This document shows positions 40,522-50,677 of a DNA stretch of 64,000 nt, piece by piece (the stretch's first letter is position 1; the number at the start of each line of letters is the position of its first letter). Source of the stretch: Rhodobiaceae bacterium (GTDB lineage Bacteria > Pseudomonadota > Alphaproteobacteria > RS24); NCBI GenBank assembly GCA_038147995.1, contig JAYQUO010000007.1:26020-90019 (forward strand). The letters are read 5' to 3'. The notes under the pieces were generated by a model that saw only the letters and a program-made list of their open reading frames with translations, ran no database searches and had not been told where the DNA came from. A program made the position numbers and the translations under genes.

Positions 40522-41279
40522 CAGCTCTGTTGGACATAAAAAATCTGCACGCCCGTATCGGCGATAAAGAAATTTTGCGCGGACTGTCATTGACCATCAA
40601 TGCGGGCGAAGTGCACGCAATCATGGGGCCAAACGGGTCGGGCAAATCGACGCTTTCTTATATTCTAGCGGGGCGCGACGGTTATGAGATCACGCAAGGG
40701 CAGGTGCTTTTTAACGGCATTGATTTGCTCGAAAAAACACCTGAGGAACGCGCCTGTTTGGGTATGTTTTTAGCTTTTCAATACCCGCTAGAAATTGCTG
40801 GTGTGACCAATATGACGTTTTTGAAGACGTCGCTCAATGCATTGCGTCGTGGGCGGGGCGAAGCGGAAATGGATGCGGCAAGTTTCCTACGCTTGGTGCG
40901 CGCTAAGTCTGCTGAGTTGGGCATGACGGACGATATGCTGAAGCGGCAACTCAATGTTGGTTTTTCGGGTGGCGAAAAGAAACGCAATGAGGTTTTGCAA
41001 ATGTCGCTTTTGATGCCGACGCTGGCGGTGCTCGATGAAACCGATAGCGGTCTCGATATTGATGCCTTGCGGACGGTATCAGAAGGGGTAAATCGGCTCC
41101 GCGATCCAAGCCGTTCATTTTTGGTTATCACGCATTATCAAAGATTGCTCGATCATATCACGCCAGATCATATTCACGTTATGGCGCGCGGAAAAATTTT
41201 GGCGTCGGGTGGGCCGGAGCTTGCTCTTAAACTCGAGGCTGAAGGCTATGCCAGTTACAATGAGCCCGCCCATGCCTAA
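40518..41279 (+). CDS. sufC: Fe-S cluster assembly ATPase SufC
   Basis: There is an ATGA overlap with the sufB stop. It has Walker [10 protein letters not shown], the ABC signature FSGGEKKR and Walker [13 protein letters not shown]. Confidence 0.96.
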   Translation: MTALLDIKNLHARIGDKEILRGLSLTINAGEVHAIMGPNGSGKSTLSYILAGRDGYEITQGQVLFNGIDLLEKTPEERACLGMFLAFQYPLEIAGVTNMTFLKTSLNALRRGRGEAEMDAASFLRLVRAKSAELGMTDDMLKRQLNVGFSGGEKKRNEVLQMSLLMPTLAVLDETDSGLDIDALRTVSEGVNRLRDPSRSFLVITHYQRLLDHITPDHIHVMARGKILASGGPELALKLEAEGYASYNEPAHA

Positions 41280-42492
41280 CCCCATTTCTTTTGCTGATCA
41301 AATTCGCGGTCTCGACCCGTCTAGCCTGCCCGCGGTGCCAGCGCTGGAAGAGGTGCGGCAAAATTTGCGACTACAGGCGCTTGCTCTTGGGTTGCCGACG
41401 CGACGCCTCGAGGCTTGGCACTACACCGATCTGGCGCGCTTATTAGATCGTCCGATGCCCGTCGACGCTCATATCAATGTCGCGGTGCCATCGCTGGAGA
41501 TGCCGCATATTAAATTCACCGATGGGGATATGTCGCTCGCCGGCGATATCGACGCAGATTTTCAGCCAATATTGGAGATGCCGGACCAGCTTCGCGATAT
41601 AGCCCAGAGCGATAATTCTGAAGCAATTCTAGCGTTCAATCTGGCTCTTGTGTCGGGCGGCGTTCACCTGTCAGTGGCAGCGGGTGCGCAGCAATCGCTG
41701 TGCTTGGCGTATGATGGTAAGGGAGTGCAGCATTTGCGCCATGCGATCCATGTGAGTGCTGGCGCCACGCTGACCTTGTTCGAATTTTATCGCGGCGAAG
41801 GCTATAGCAATATTGTCTCGGATGTTACGGTTGAAGCAGGTGGGGTGGTCAATCATGTTAAATTTCATGCCAGCGGGTGCGCGATCGCTCTAACGCGCGC
41901 TACGCTGGGCGCGTCAGCTCATTATGGTGCGCGTCACGTCATAGCTGGCGGGCAAATCGCGCGACATGAGAGCCGGATTAATCTTGATGGTGCGGCGGCA
42001 CACGCCGATTTATCGGCGGCGCTGCTTGCGCGCGCTGGGGCGCACCAAGATTTAACCTCGGTGATTGCCCATAATGCGGCTGATACCTCGAGCGAAACAC
42101 AAATCCGATCGCTGGTTGATGCGTCAGCGCGGGCGGTCTTTCAGGGCAAAGTCGTCGTTGCGCGGGATGCCCAGCGCGTCGATGCGCAGCAGCAAAGCCG
42201 CGCTCTTTTATTGGCAGAAAATGCCGAGATGAATGTAAAGCCAGAGCTGGAAATCTATGCCGATGATGTCGCTTGCGCGCATGGCTCGACAGTCGGGGCG
42301 CTGGATAAGGATGCCTTATTCTTCTTACGCAGTCGCGGCATTCCCGAGGGTATTGCGCGGCAGATGCTCGTGCGCGGGTTTTTGGCAGACATTACGGAAA
42401 CGCTTCCGGAAGGCGATATTGCTGAATTTATTGCCGCTCATCTCGATGCTAATTTGGATTTGATTTTAAACACGCAACAGGAGGGTGTGTAA
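41248..42492 (+). CDS. sufD: Fe-S cluster assembly protein SufD
   Basis: It has a beta-helix C-terminal region homologous to SufB (ELEIYADDVACAHGSTVG). The start is ambiguous among ATG 41248, 41260 and 41272, all overlapping the sufC end. Confidence 0.88.
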   Translation: MPVTMSPPMPNPISFADQIRGLDPSSLPAVPALEEVRQNLRLQALALGLPTRRLEAWHYTDLARLLDRPMPVDAHINVAVPSLEMPHIKFTDGDMSLAGDIDADFQPILEMPDQLRDIAQSDNSEAILAFNLALVSGGVHLSVAAGAQQSLCLAYDGKGVQHLRHAIHVSAGATLTLFEFYRGEGYSNIVSDVTVEAGGVVNHVKFHASGCAIALTRATLGASAHYGARHVIAGGQIARHESRINLDGAAAHADLSAALLARAGAHQDLTSVIAHNAADTSSETQIRSLVDASARAVFQGKVVVARDAQRVDAQQQSRALLLAENAEMNVKPELEIYADDVACAHGSTVGALDKDALFFLRSRGIPEGIARQMLVRGFLADITETLPEGDIAEFIAAHLDANLDLILNTQQEGV

Positions 42493-42493
42493 C

Positions 42494-43738
42494 ATGACGG
42501 CGATGGGTCGCGTCTTCACGCCGCTAGAAATTGATCAGCTCCGTCAGGATTTCCCGATTTTACAGGAGACACCTTACGGTAAGCCGCTCGTGTATCTCGA
42601 TAATGCGGCTTCGGCGCAAAAGCCGCGGCATGTCATCGATTGTTTGGTCGATGTAGCCGAGCATGGCTATGCGAATGTCCACCGCGGTCTTCATTATCTG
42701 TCGAATAAGGCGACGGATCGGTTTGAGGCCGCTCGCGACCAAGTTGCAGCCTTTCTGAATGCCGAGAGTAATCAGACGATTGTCTTTACGGCCGGGGCAA
42801 CCGATGCCATCAATATGGTGGCGAGTAGTTACTTGGCACCCCGTATTAAACCGGGCGATGAAATTATTCTCAGCGTTCTCGAGCATCACGCGAATATTGT
42901 GCCATGGCATTTTCTCCGCGAGCGCTATGGCGCCGTTTTGAAATGGGTGCCGCTTGATGAAACGGGGTATTTTGATCTGGCGGCGTATCAGGCGGCCTTT
43001 ACCGATCGCACCGTATTTGTCGCACTAAGCCATATGTCAAATGTGCTGGGATATAAGATGCCCGTTTCTGAGATCGTGAGCTGTGCAGAGGCGCATAATG
43101 TTCCTGTTTTGCTCGATGGCTGTCAGGGGGCTGTGCACCTTGCGCCTGATGTGCAGGATCTTGGCTGTGATTTCTATGTTATGTCAGGTCACAAGCTTTA
43201 CGGACCGACAGGGGTTGGCGTGTTATACGGCAAACCGCAACGGCTTGCGGATATGCGTCCCTATCGCGGCGGCGGCGAAATGATTGAAGAAGTACATGAA
43301 GACCGCGTGAGCTATGCAGGGCTGCCGCATCGGCTAGAAGCTGGCACGCCAGCCATCATGGAGACAATCGCTCTTGGGGCGGCACTTGAGTATTTGTCGC
43401 GCTTTGATCCGGCAGCTATTTTAGCGCACGAAAATGCGTTGGGCGCGCGCGCCCGCGAAGCTTTGGCGCAAATTCCAAAAGTTACACTGATGGGGCCTGA
43501 GGCGCAGGCCAGCCCGATTGTATCTTTCACGGTCGAGGGGGCGCATGCCCATGATATCTCAGCGCTGCTCGATCGATACGGCGTTGCGGTGCGTGCGGGG
43601 CATCATTGCGCGCAACCGCTGATGCGACGCCTCGGGGTCAATGCGACGGCGCGCGCCTCCTTTGCCATGTATAATACGGAAGCTGAGGTGGATGTTTTTG
43701 CACAATCATTAGCCAAGGCCATTCAGTTTTTTGACTAG
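42494..43738 (+). CDS. sufS: Class II cysteine desulfurase SufS
   Basis: GGAGGG RBS. It has the PLP lysine in MSGHKLYGPTG and the catalytic Cys in RAGHHCAQP. Confidence 0.95.
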   Translation: MTAMGRVFTPLEIDQLRQDFPILQETPYGKPLVYLDNAASAQKPRHVIDCLVDVAEHGYANVHRGLHYLSNKATDRFEAARDQVAAFLNAESNQTIVFTAGATDAINMVASSYLAPRIKPGDEIILSVLEHHANIVPWHFLRERYGAVLKWVPLDETGYFDLAAYQAAFTDRTVFVALSHMSNVLGYKMPVSEIVSCAEAHNVPVLLDGCQGAVHLAPDVQDLGCDFYVMSGHKLYGPTGVGVLYGKPQRLADMRPYRGGGEMIEEVHEDRVSYAGLPHRLEAGTPAIMETIALGAALEYLSRFDPAAILAHENALGARAREALAQIPKVTLMGPEAQASPIVSFTVEGAHAHDISALLDRYGVAVRAGHHCAQPLMRRLGVNATARASFAMYNTEAEVDVFAQSLAKAIQFFD

Positions 43739-43771
43739 CCGCCGAGATTTAGACGAGATAAAGAGACGGTC

Positions 43772-44143
43772 ATGAGTAATGAAGAAGCGATAAACGAACA
43801 CGTCGAAGCGGATGCGCCCGATACCGGCTCGCCCAATCTGGATGCGCTGACGGACGATTTGATTGGTGCTTTAAAAAGCGTTTACGATCCCGAAATCCCG
43901 GTCGATGTTTACGAGTTGGGACTGATTTATCGGGTTGATGTGTCCGATGACAGAGATGTGACGATTGATATGACGCTGACAGCGCCAGGCTGTCCGGTCG
44001 CCGAGCATATGCCAAAATGGGTTGAGGATGCGGTGCGATCAGTTGAAGGGGTCATGGATGTAACCGTTAATATGGTATTTGATCCACCTTGGGATCCGAG
44101 CCGTATGTCGGACGAGGCCCGAGTTGCCTTGAATATGTTTTGA
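43772..44143 (+). CDS. sufT: DUF59/SufT-type Fe-S assembly protein
   Basis: 123 aa. It carries VYDPEIPVDVYELGLIY and TLTAPGCP. Confidence 0.85.
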   Translation: MSNEEAINEHVEADAPDTGSPNLDALTDDLIGALKSVYDPEIPVDVYELGLIYRVDVSDDRDVTIDMTLTAPGCPVAEHMPKWVEDAVRSVEGVMDVTVNMVFDPPWDPSRMSDEARVALNMF

Positions 44144-44193
44144 GTTGGTAATTGCAGTTTTGACAAAAATCAGTTCGTGTTAGGATTGAAGAG

Positions 44194-44547
44194 ATGAGAA
44201 AAGCTATCACCATAACCGATCGTGCTGCGGAGCGGCTGCAGGCCATTATGGCCTCCCTCGATACGCCAGTGCAGGGGTTGCGCCTTGGGGTTAAAAATGG
44301 CGGTTGTGCAGGTATGGAATATACCATGGATTATGCCGCCGAAGCCTCGCCGCTCGACGAGCGGATTGAAGACAAAGGGGTCACCATCTTTATTGAGCCG
44401 AAAGCTCTGCTGTTCTTGCTGGGAACCGAGATGGATTATGAAGCTGGAAAAATGTCGTCAGGTTTTATTTTTAATAATCCAAATCAGACCGACGCCTGTG
44501 GATGCGGCGAGAGCGTTACGCTGGTTCCGGCCAAAATGAGTTCATAG
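44194..44547 (+). CDS. sufA: A-type Fe-S carrier (HesB/IscA/SufA/ErpA family)
   Basis: 117 aa. It has GGCAGMEY and the C-terminal CGCGESV. Confidence 0.88.
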   Translation: MRKAITITDRAAERLQAIMASLDTPVQGLRLGVKNGGCAGMEYTMDYAAEASPLDERIEDKGVTIFIEPKALLFLLGTEMDYEAGKMSSGFIFNNPNQTDACGCGESVTLVPAKMSS

Positions 44548-44592
44548 GCCCGACGAGGGCGCGTTCCTATAAACCAAACATTGGGTAGGCTG

Positions 44593-45453
44593 ATGGGTGA
44601 AGAAACACTGAAACAATTGCTCGACATGCTCAACTTGGAGCGTCTCGAGGTTAATCTGTTCCGCGGCGCAAGTCCTGACGAGGATCGGCAACGCGTTTTC
44701 GGCGGGCAGGTGCTGGGGCAGGCTCTGCGGGCGGCCACGCATACGGTCGAGGATATGGTCTGTCACAGTTTCCATTCCTATTTTTTGCGCGCAGGTGATC
44801 CAACCTGTCCAATTATCTATGAGGTCGACCATGCGCGCGACGGCAAAAGTTTCTCGAGCCGGCGGGTCATTGCAGTGCAACATGGCAAACAGATCTTCAA
44901 CTTGGCGGCCAGCTTTCAGCGCCCAGAAGAGGGCTTGAGCCACCAAATGGCGATGCCCGATGCGCCACCTCCTGAAGAATTGGAATCTGATTTGTCTATC
45001 CGCGAGCGATATGTCGACCGTCTGCCTGAGGCGTTTCGCGCGCGCTTTCTGCGCAAGCGACCTTATGAGATGCGCCCCGTCACGCCCGGTAATATGTTTG
45101 AACCCAAAGTTCAAGAGCCAGCACAAATGGTATGGTTCCGCGCCACCGAGCCGATGCCCGAGGATATTGATATAAACCAAGCCTTGTTGGCTTATATTTC
45201 GGACACAACATTGCTCGACACCTGCTTGCGCGCGCATGGACTGAGTTTTTTGAATCCTAAATTACAGTCTGCGAGTTTAGACCACGCCATGTGGTTCTTT
45301 CATCCCTTCAAGGTGGATGAATGGATCCTTTATGCCCAAGATTCGCCGGCCAGTGCTGGCGGGCGAGGCATGAATTTCGGCCACTTCTTTACCCGCGACG
45401 GCAAATTGATTTGCTCCGCCGCCCAGGAAGGCTTGATCCGCTTGCACGACTAA
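44593..45453 (+). CDS. tesB: Acyl-CoA thioesterase II
   Basis: It shows the double hot-dog pattern LERLEVNLFRG.., VFGGQVLGQAL and RDGKSFSSRRV. The start is taken at ATG 44593. Confidence 0.9.
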   Translation: MGEETLKQLLDMLNLERLEVNLFRGASPDEDRQRVFGGQVLGQALRAATHTVEDMVCHSFHSYFLRAGDPTCPIIYEVDHARDGKSFSSRRVIAVQHGKQIFNLAASFQRPEEGLSHQMAMPDAPPPEELESDLSIRERYVDRLPEAFRARFLRKRPYEMRPVTPGNMFEPKVQEPAQMVWFRATEPMPEDIDINQALLAYISDTTLLDTCLRAHGLSFLNPKLQSASLDHAMWFFHPFKVDEWILYAQDSPASAGGRGMNFGHFFTRDGKLICSAAQEGLIRLHD

Positions 45454-45456
45454 GCG

Positions 45457-47613
45457 TTAGGCCGCTTCGTTATGCCCCAAATGAGCTGTTAGCGTCGTGA
45501 TCAGTTCAGCCGCCGCATCGGGAATAATTGTGCCGGGCGGGAAAATTGCTTTCGCGCCAGCTTTGCGCAGAGCCTCAAAGTCTTGTGGCGGGATAACACC
45601 GCCGACAATAACCATAATATCCTCAGCGCCGCTTGCCTTTAAACTGTCACGCAGTTCGGGAACCAATGTCAGGTGACCAGCCGCCAATGAGCTAACGCCA
45701 ACGACATGGGCGCCAGCCGCAATGGCATCGCGCGCCGCTTCTTCGGGGGTTTGAAAGAGGGGGCCCGTCACGACATCGAAACCAAGATCGGCGAAAGCAG
45801 TGGCGACAACTTTTTGCCCACGGTCATGGCCATCTTGCCCCATTTTGGCGATATAAATTTTCGGCGCGCGGCCCTCGCGATCGGAGAAACGCGCAACCAT
45901 GTCTTTGACCTTGAGGAAGCTCTCGGATTGTTCGCCATAATCGCGCCCGTAAACATTTGAAACGGTTTGTGGTGTGGCAGCATGGCGGTTGAAGCTTTTT
46001 TCCATGGCGTCGGACATTTCGCCGACCGTTGCCATCGCCCGAGCCGCATTGACAGCGAGAGTCAGCAAGTTGCCTTGCCCCGTGGCGGCGCATTGCGCGA
46101 GGGCGTCGAGAGCGGCTTGCGTTTTGTTTTCGTCCCGATCGGCGCGGAGTTTTTGCAGGCGATCAATTTGTGCTTTTCGAACTGCGGAATTGTCGACTTT
46201 CAGCACATCAATCTCGTCTTCTTGTTCGAGTTTAAACTTGTTGACGCCGACCACGGTTTGACGACCGCTATCGATACGTGCTTGCGTTTGCGCAGCTGCT
46301 TCTTCGATCCGCAATTTGGGGATGCCTTGCTCAATGGCGGCGGCCATGCCGCCCAGTTTTTCGACCTCGGTGATGTGCTCAAGTGCCCGCTGAGCGAGGT
46401 CATGCGTGAGACGCTCCACAAAATAGCTACCACCCCAGGGATCGATGACCTTGGTCGTGTTGCTCTCAGTTTGCAGAACAAGCTGGGTGTTGCGCGCAAT
46501 CCGAGCCGAGAAATCTGTTGGAAGGGCGAGCGCTTCGTCGAAGCTATTGGTGTGGAGCGATTGCGTATGGCCTTGTGTGGCCGCCATGGCTTCAACACAG
46601 GTGCGCACAATATTGTTGTAAATATCTTGTGCGGTCAGACTCCATCCTGAAGTTTGGCAATGGGTTCGCAGAGCCATTGATTTTGAATTTTGGGCGCCGA
46701 GGCCACGCATTAATTGCGCCCACAACAAACGGGCGGCTCGCATTTTTGCAATCTCGGTGAAGAAGTCCATGCCGATCGCCCAAAAGAAGGATAGGCGCGG
46801 CGCAAAGGCGTCAATATCAAGCCCCGCCGCCATGCCGGCGCGGACATATTCAATACCATCGGCAAGCGTATAGGCCAGCTCGAGATCGGCCGTCGCCCCC
46901 GCTTCTTGCATGTGATAGCCCGAGATTGAGATGGAGTTAAATTTTGGCATATGCTCCGATGTGTAAGCAAAAATATCAGAGATAATTCGCATCGACGGTT
47001 TGGGCGGATAAATATAGGTGTTGCGCACCATAAACTCTTTCAAAATATCGTTTTGGATGGTGCCTGCGAGTTTGTCGGGACTGACGCCTTGCTCTTCGGC
47101 TGCAGCGATATACAAAGCCATGATCGGCAACACGGCACCGTTCATCGTCATCGACACGCTCATCTCATCGAGTGGAATGCCAGCGAATAGGGTGCGCATA
47201 TCATAGATAGAATCGATGGCAACGCCGGCCATCCCAACGTCACCCGCGACGCGCGGGTGGTCGCTGTCGTAGCCGCGGTGGGTGGCGAGGTCAAACGCAA
47301 CGGACAGACCTTTCTGACCGGCCTTTAGGTTGCGCCGATAAAAAGCGTTCGACGCTTCGGCCGTCGAGAAACCCGCATATTGGCGCACTGTCCAAGGCTT
47401 ATTGACATACATGGTGGGGTAGGGACCGCGAATAAAAGGCGCCAAACCGGGCAGGCTGTCAATATAGGGTAGCTCAGCAATATCTGCTTCCGTATAAAGC
47501 GTTTTGACGTTTAGCCCCTCTGGCAGACGGCGATGACGCGTCGCCAAAATAGCGTCCTTTTGATCGGCTGAAATAGTGAGGTCGAGTTTGCTGAAATCTG
47601 GCTTACGGCTCAT
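45457..47613 (-). CDS. mutB: Methylmalonyl-CoA mutase, large (catalytic, B12-binding) subunit
   Basis: 718 aa. The TIM-barrel substrate domain is followed by a C-terminal B12 domain with the DxHxxG motif (QDGHDRG). Confidence 0.96.
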   Translation of the reverse strand: MSRKPDFSKLDLTISADQKDAILATRHRRLPEGLNVKTLYTEADIAELPYIDSLPGLAPFIRGPYPTMYVNKPWTVRQYAGFSTAEASNAFYRRNLKAGQKGLSVAFDLATHRGYDSDHPRVAGDVGMAGVAIDSIYDMRTLFAGIPLDEMSVSMTMNGAVLPIMALYIAAAEEQGVSPDKLAGTIQNDILKEFMVRNTYIYPPKPSMRIISDIFAYTSEHMPKFNSISISGYHMQEAGATADLELAYTLADGIEYVRAGMAAGLDIDAFAPRLSFFWAIGMDFFTEIAKMRAARLLWAQLMRGLGAQNSKSMALRTHCQTSGWSLTAQDIYNNIVRTCVEAMAATQGHTQSLHTNSFDEALALPTDFSARIARNTQLVLQTESNTTKVIDPWGGSYFVERLTHDLAQRALEHITEVEKLGGMAAAIEQGIPKLRIEEAAAQTQARIDSGRQTVVGVNKFKLEQEDEIDVLKVDNSAVRKAQIDRLQKLRADRDENKTQAALDALAQCAATGQGNLLTLAVNAARAMATVGEMSDAMEKSFNRHAATPQTVSNVYGRDYGEQSESFLKVKDMVARFSDREGRAPKIYIAKMGQDGHDRGQKVVATAFADLGFDVVTGPLFQTPEEAARDAIAAGAHVVGVSSLAAGHLTLVPELRDSLKASGAEDIMVIVGGVIPPQDFEALRKAGAKAIFPPGTIIPDAAAELITTLTAHLGHNEAA

Positions 47614-47614
47614 C

Positions 47615-49408
47615 TTATGCCCCCAATCCTAAAGTCTGATGTATGGTTTGCGCGAAAGCGAGGGCATCGCAGCCGGCAAAGCAATAAGCGTCTACCTCAG
47701 CAATATTGCGAGGTTTTCCTGCCAAGGTGATATGGACTGCACCGGCTGCTTGCAAAGCTTGCGCGAGGGCTTCGCCATGAGCGTCATACTCGGCATCGGC
47801 CCCACAAATACAGGCAATTTTGGCGCCGCTGTCCCGAAAGGCTTGTGCGATGGCGTTGTAATCAGTGCCGCCGTCACCAATCAGGCTGGCAACGCCCCCG
47901 ATAGCGAAAATATTGGCGGCGAAATTAACGCGCGCCGTCGCTCGTGCTGGGGTGCCAATGGCGGCAAGAAAAACTTTCGGCTTCACAGGTTCGGCACGTT
48001 GGCGCAGAGCCTCAAAACTTTCTGACAGACGCGCCTCGCGAAAATCACCTGTGCCATGAGCGGCCCGCGCGGTGAGGGGGGCTTCCTCCAAATTCGGAAA
48101 TTCACTGACGCCGATCAGCGCTTGCGCGCGCTTGCTATTTTCAGCAAACCGATCGGCCGCTAGTTTTTTAATTGTTGCTGCGATCTGTCCCGATTTGAGT
48201 TGCTTTAAAAGCCCCCCGTCGGCTTCGATCGACTGGAATTGCCGCCAAGCGGTTTCGGCCAGATCTTGTGTTAGGCTCTCGATATACCAAGAGCCACCGG
48301 CTGGGTCCATGACGTGGCCGAGATGGCTCTCTTCCTGCATGATAATTTGCGTATTGCGCGCAATGCGCCGAGATAAATCATTATCACCATCGCTTACAGC
48401 GGTGCACGGGGCGACCACCACCATATCCGCGCCGCCAATGGCTGCGCCGCAGCAGGCGATCGTCGCCCGTAAAATATTGACCCAAGGGTCTATGGTTGAA
48501 AACGACCGCTCGCTAATTTCGGAAATGATATATGGCGCTGCGTCTTTAACGCCATAGGCGTCACAAATTTGCGACCAGATGAGGCGCGCGGCACGAAGTT
48601 TTGCAACCGTCGCGAAGAAATCAATGTCGGCCGCGACCGATAAACATGTTTTTTGAATGAGCGTCGCGGCGCTCTCGCCTGCCTCGATGCCAGCGTTGAT
48701 ATAGCTCACGAGGCTCGCGGCCATGAGCGCGAGCTCGAGGGCTTCTCCAGCGCCCGCAGCGTGGTACGGAATGCCGCTAGCGCTTAACAGACGGAGCTGT
48801 GGCCGGTCTTTGCCCCAGGCCAAAATATCAGCGACCATGTCTAATGAGGGGTCGATGCCTGCTGTTATGGCAGCTCCGATTGGATCGGCATTGAGGTATC
48901 CGTGCTGTTGATCGGCGGTAATATTTTGAGCCGCCCATAAAGCGTCAAATAATGATTGGGCGCCTTCAATATTGACACCGGGGGTCATTGCCAAGGGTGC
49001 GATATCGAGCATGACGCCGCCAAAGAGTTTGTCAGCGTCTTTTTGTGACAGGCTAGCTTGCGACAGATCGAGCAAGATCGCACTGACCCCTCCTGTGAGG
49101 TCGAGGAGCATGGAGCGATTGTCTGACCCCTTGCGCCCTGGAATATATCGCTGGGCAATATGCCAAGGTAAATGGGCATCGCGCTCGGGCTGGCTACCGC
49201 GGATAAAAGGCGACTGCCCCGGTGCGCCTCGGGTGCTTTCAGCAATATGCGTGTTCGTTTGCGTATAAAGTGGTTGACGCACTAAGCCGTCGACTTCCCG
49301 CGAGATCAGGTCATCAACATGGCCGCCCTTGAGGGCAGCGCTGACCGCGAACAACCATGTTGCCTCGTCATAAGCGGGAAAATCAGACTTGAGAAGGTGA
49401 TCCGTCAT
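47615..49408 (-). CDS. mutA: Methylmalonyl-CoA mutase, small (beta) subunit
   Basis: It is a mutase paralogue lacking the DxHxxG motif and ends 1 nt before the large-subunit start. The start is taken at MTDHLLK (49408). Confidence 0.85.
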   Translation of the reverse strand: MTDHLLKSDFPAYDEATWLFAVSAALKGGHVDDLISREVDGLVRQPLYTQTNTHIAESTRGAPGQSPFIRGSQPERDAHLPWHIAQRYIPGRKGSDNRSMLLDLTGGVSAILLDLSQASLSQKDADKLFGGVMLDIAPLAMTPGVNIEGAQSLFDALWAAQNITADQQHGYLNADPIGAAITAGIDPSLDMVADILAWGKDRPQLRLLSASGIPYHAAGAGEALELALMAASLVSYINAGIEAGESAATLIQKTCLSVAADIDFFATVAKLRAARLIWSQICDAYGVKDAAPYIISEISERSFSTIDPWVNILRATIACCGAAIGGADMVVVAPCTAVSDGDNDLSRRIARNTQIIMQEESHLGHVMDPAGGSWYIESLTQDLAETAWRQFQSIEADGGLLKQLKSGQIAATIKKLAADRFAENSKRAQALIGVSEFPNLEEAPLTARAAHGTGDFREARLSESFEALRQRAEPVKPKVFLAAIGTPARATARVNFAANIFAIGGVASLIGDGGTDYNAIAQAFRDSGAKIACICGADAEYDAHGEALAQALQAAGAVHITLAGKPRNIAEVDAYCFAGCDALAFAQTIHQTLGLGA

Positions 49409-49436
49409 ATTCTTCGATACTCCAAAATTTCGCGTC

Positions 49437-50504
49437 TCAGCTCTCTTCACGATCGAGAAGAAGCGCTAGCGTTAAAAGCAGCAAAATGGCACTTGGGACC
49501 CATGCTGCAATGCCTGTCGGTAAATAGGCAAGTTGAGCAATTTTTGCAACAATCTGGCTCGCAATATTTGCCGCAAAGCCAGCTAGAATTGCCAGGCCGA
49601 TTGATCCTGCAAGCGATACGATGCGTCCCCGCGGCGTGCTGAAGACGATTGCGATAAGCACCATCAGTGACAGAAAGACCGGAGTGGATAACAGGCGGTG
49701 TAGGCGCAGCTCGTGTAAGGTCATGTCGAGCCCAGCGGCACGTCCGCTCTCGATTTGCCCCGGCAGGCGCCAGAGCGGGACGGTGCGGGCATCGATCAAA
49801 CGCGCTCGAATCTCTTCCGCATCAACATTGTCGTCTGACGACATGCGCCGAGTTTGCCCCGACGGCAAGGTCAGGGTCCAGGCGCCGTCTTCAATTTTGG
49901 CTTCGGAGGCGTAACTACGCTCGACCATGTCGCCGCCTTGGTCGTAATGATACAGTGTCACGCCCGTTAATTGCATCGTGCTCGAATCACGAACGCTGCG
50001 GCCATGAATAATATAATAGCCATCCGGTGAAGACTGTCTGACCCAAATTCCGGTCGACAGCAAATCTAGGCTTTGCTCTTGCCCTTTCAAAGTGGCGACG
50101 ATTTGATCTGCATAGGTGCGGGTTTTGCTGGCCAGTGGATCGACAATTAACACAAGAGCCGCGCTCAAGACGACGGACACGATAAGGCTTGGCGCTGCGA
50201 ATTGCCAAACCGACAATCCGGCGGCACGCATAATAGCAAGCGCTTGGGACTCATTGAGGCGGATATACGCCATCACAGCCGCGAAGAGAAAAACAAACGC
50301 GGCAAGGTCAACGAGAGTGCTCGGAATACCAAGGGCGGTCAGCAAAAAGGCGTGATAGGCGGTGGCGCCCAGTTTGTTGACGAGTTTGAGGTTCTCGACG
50401 AGCCCACCGACCGCCGCAAGCGCGAGAACGGCCGTGGTCACGATAGCGATCCAAGTTAAAAAATACTTAGCGATGAGACGAACGAGTAATCCAGACATTT
50501 GCAA
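49437..50504 (-). CDS. lptG: LptF/LptG-family LPS-export permease (probably LptG)
   Basis: 355 aa. Its topology is three TMs, a periplasmic beta-jellyroll-like insert, then three TMs, typical of YjgP/YjgQ permeases. Confidence 0.7.
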   Translation of the reverse strand: MQMSGLLVRLIAKYFLTWIAIVTTAVLALAAVGGLVENLKLVNKLGATAYHAFLLTALGIPSTLVDLAAFVFLFAAVMAYIRLNESQALAIMRAAGLSVWQFAAPSLIVSVVLSAALVLIVDPLASKTRTYADQIVATLKGQEQSLDLLSTGIWVRQSSPDGYYIIHGRSVRDSSTMQLTGVTLYHYDQGGDMVERSYASEAKIEDGAWTLTLPSGQTRRMSSDDNVDAEEIRARLIDARTVPLWRLPGQIESGRAAGLDMTLHELRLHRLLSTPVFLSLMVLIAIVFSTPRGRIVSLAGSIGLAILAGFAANIASQIVAKIAQLAYLPTGIAAWVPSAILLLLTLALLLDREES

Positions 50505-50618
50505 TTTCTGTTAGTGCGAAGAAACTTGACCCCGAGGTTACCGCATAATGCCATCACCTGAAATAGAGGTCCGATGAAAAAGAGGCACCCAGCAATAACT
50601 CGTTTTGTTGGTCAAACT

Positions 50619-50646
50619 AAAAAAGGAGGGGTTGCCCCCTCCTTTT
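50619..50646 (-). terminator. Rho-independent terminator after the thiolase gene
   Basis: Stem aaggagggg/cccctcctt (9 bp perfect), loop ttgc, followed on the minus strand by a T-run. It lies about 30 nt downstream of the thiolase stop. Confidence 0.75.
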
Positions 50647-50677
50647 CAGCGTCGGCATTAATGTGACCGTTCTGGCG

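Noticed and set aside
44542-45237. A 231-aa antisense ORF lies opposite tesB. Similar long antisense ORFs are 45967..46650 opposite mutB, 61346..61963 opposite the amidohydrolase/PTE genes, 57275..57916, 30112..30735 and 11246..11734.
   Set aside because: In each case the opposite strand encodes a protein with unmistakable family motifs. The antisense translations have no recognisable motifs or RBSs. Such shadow ORFs are expected at this GC content.
45457-49408. I checked for a cobalamin riboswitch or meaB chaperone gene associated with the methylmalonyl-CoA mutase genes.
   Set aside because: There is no non-coding space around the mutase genes (a 1-nt gap between the subunits and 28 nt between the LptG-type stop and the mutA start). 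No B12-box was seen. Absence of meaB from the window says nothing about the genome.
49437-50504. A single LptF/LptG-type permease is encoded without its usual partner gene, about 49 kb from pepA-holC, where lptFG often sit divergently.
   Set aside because: The partner may lie just upstream of the truncated pepA, outside the window. Separation of lptF and lptG is a rearrangement, not evidence of a new function.
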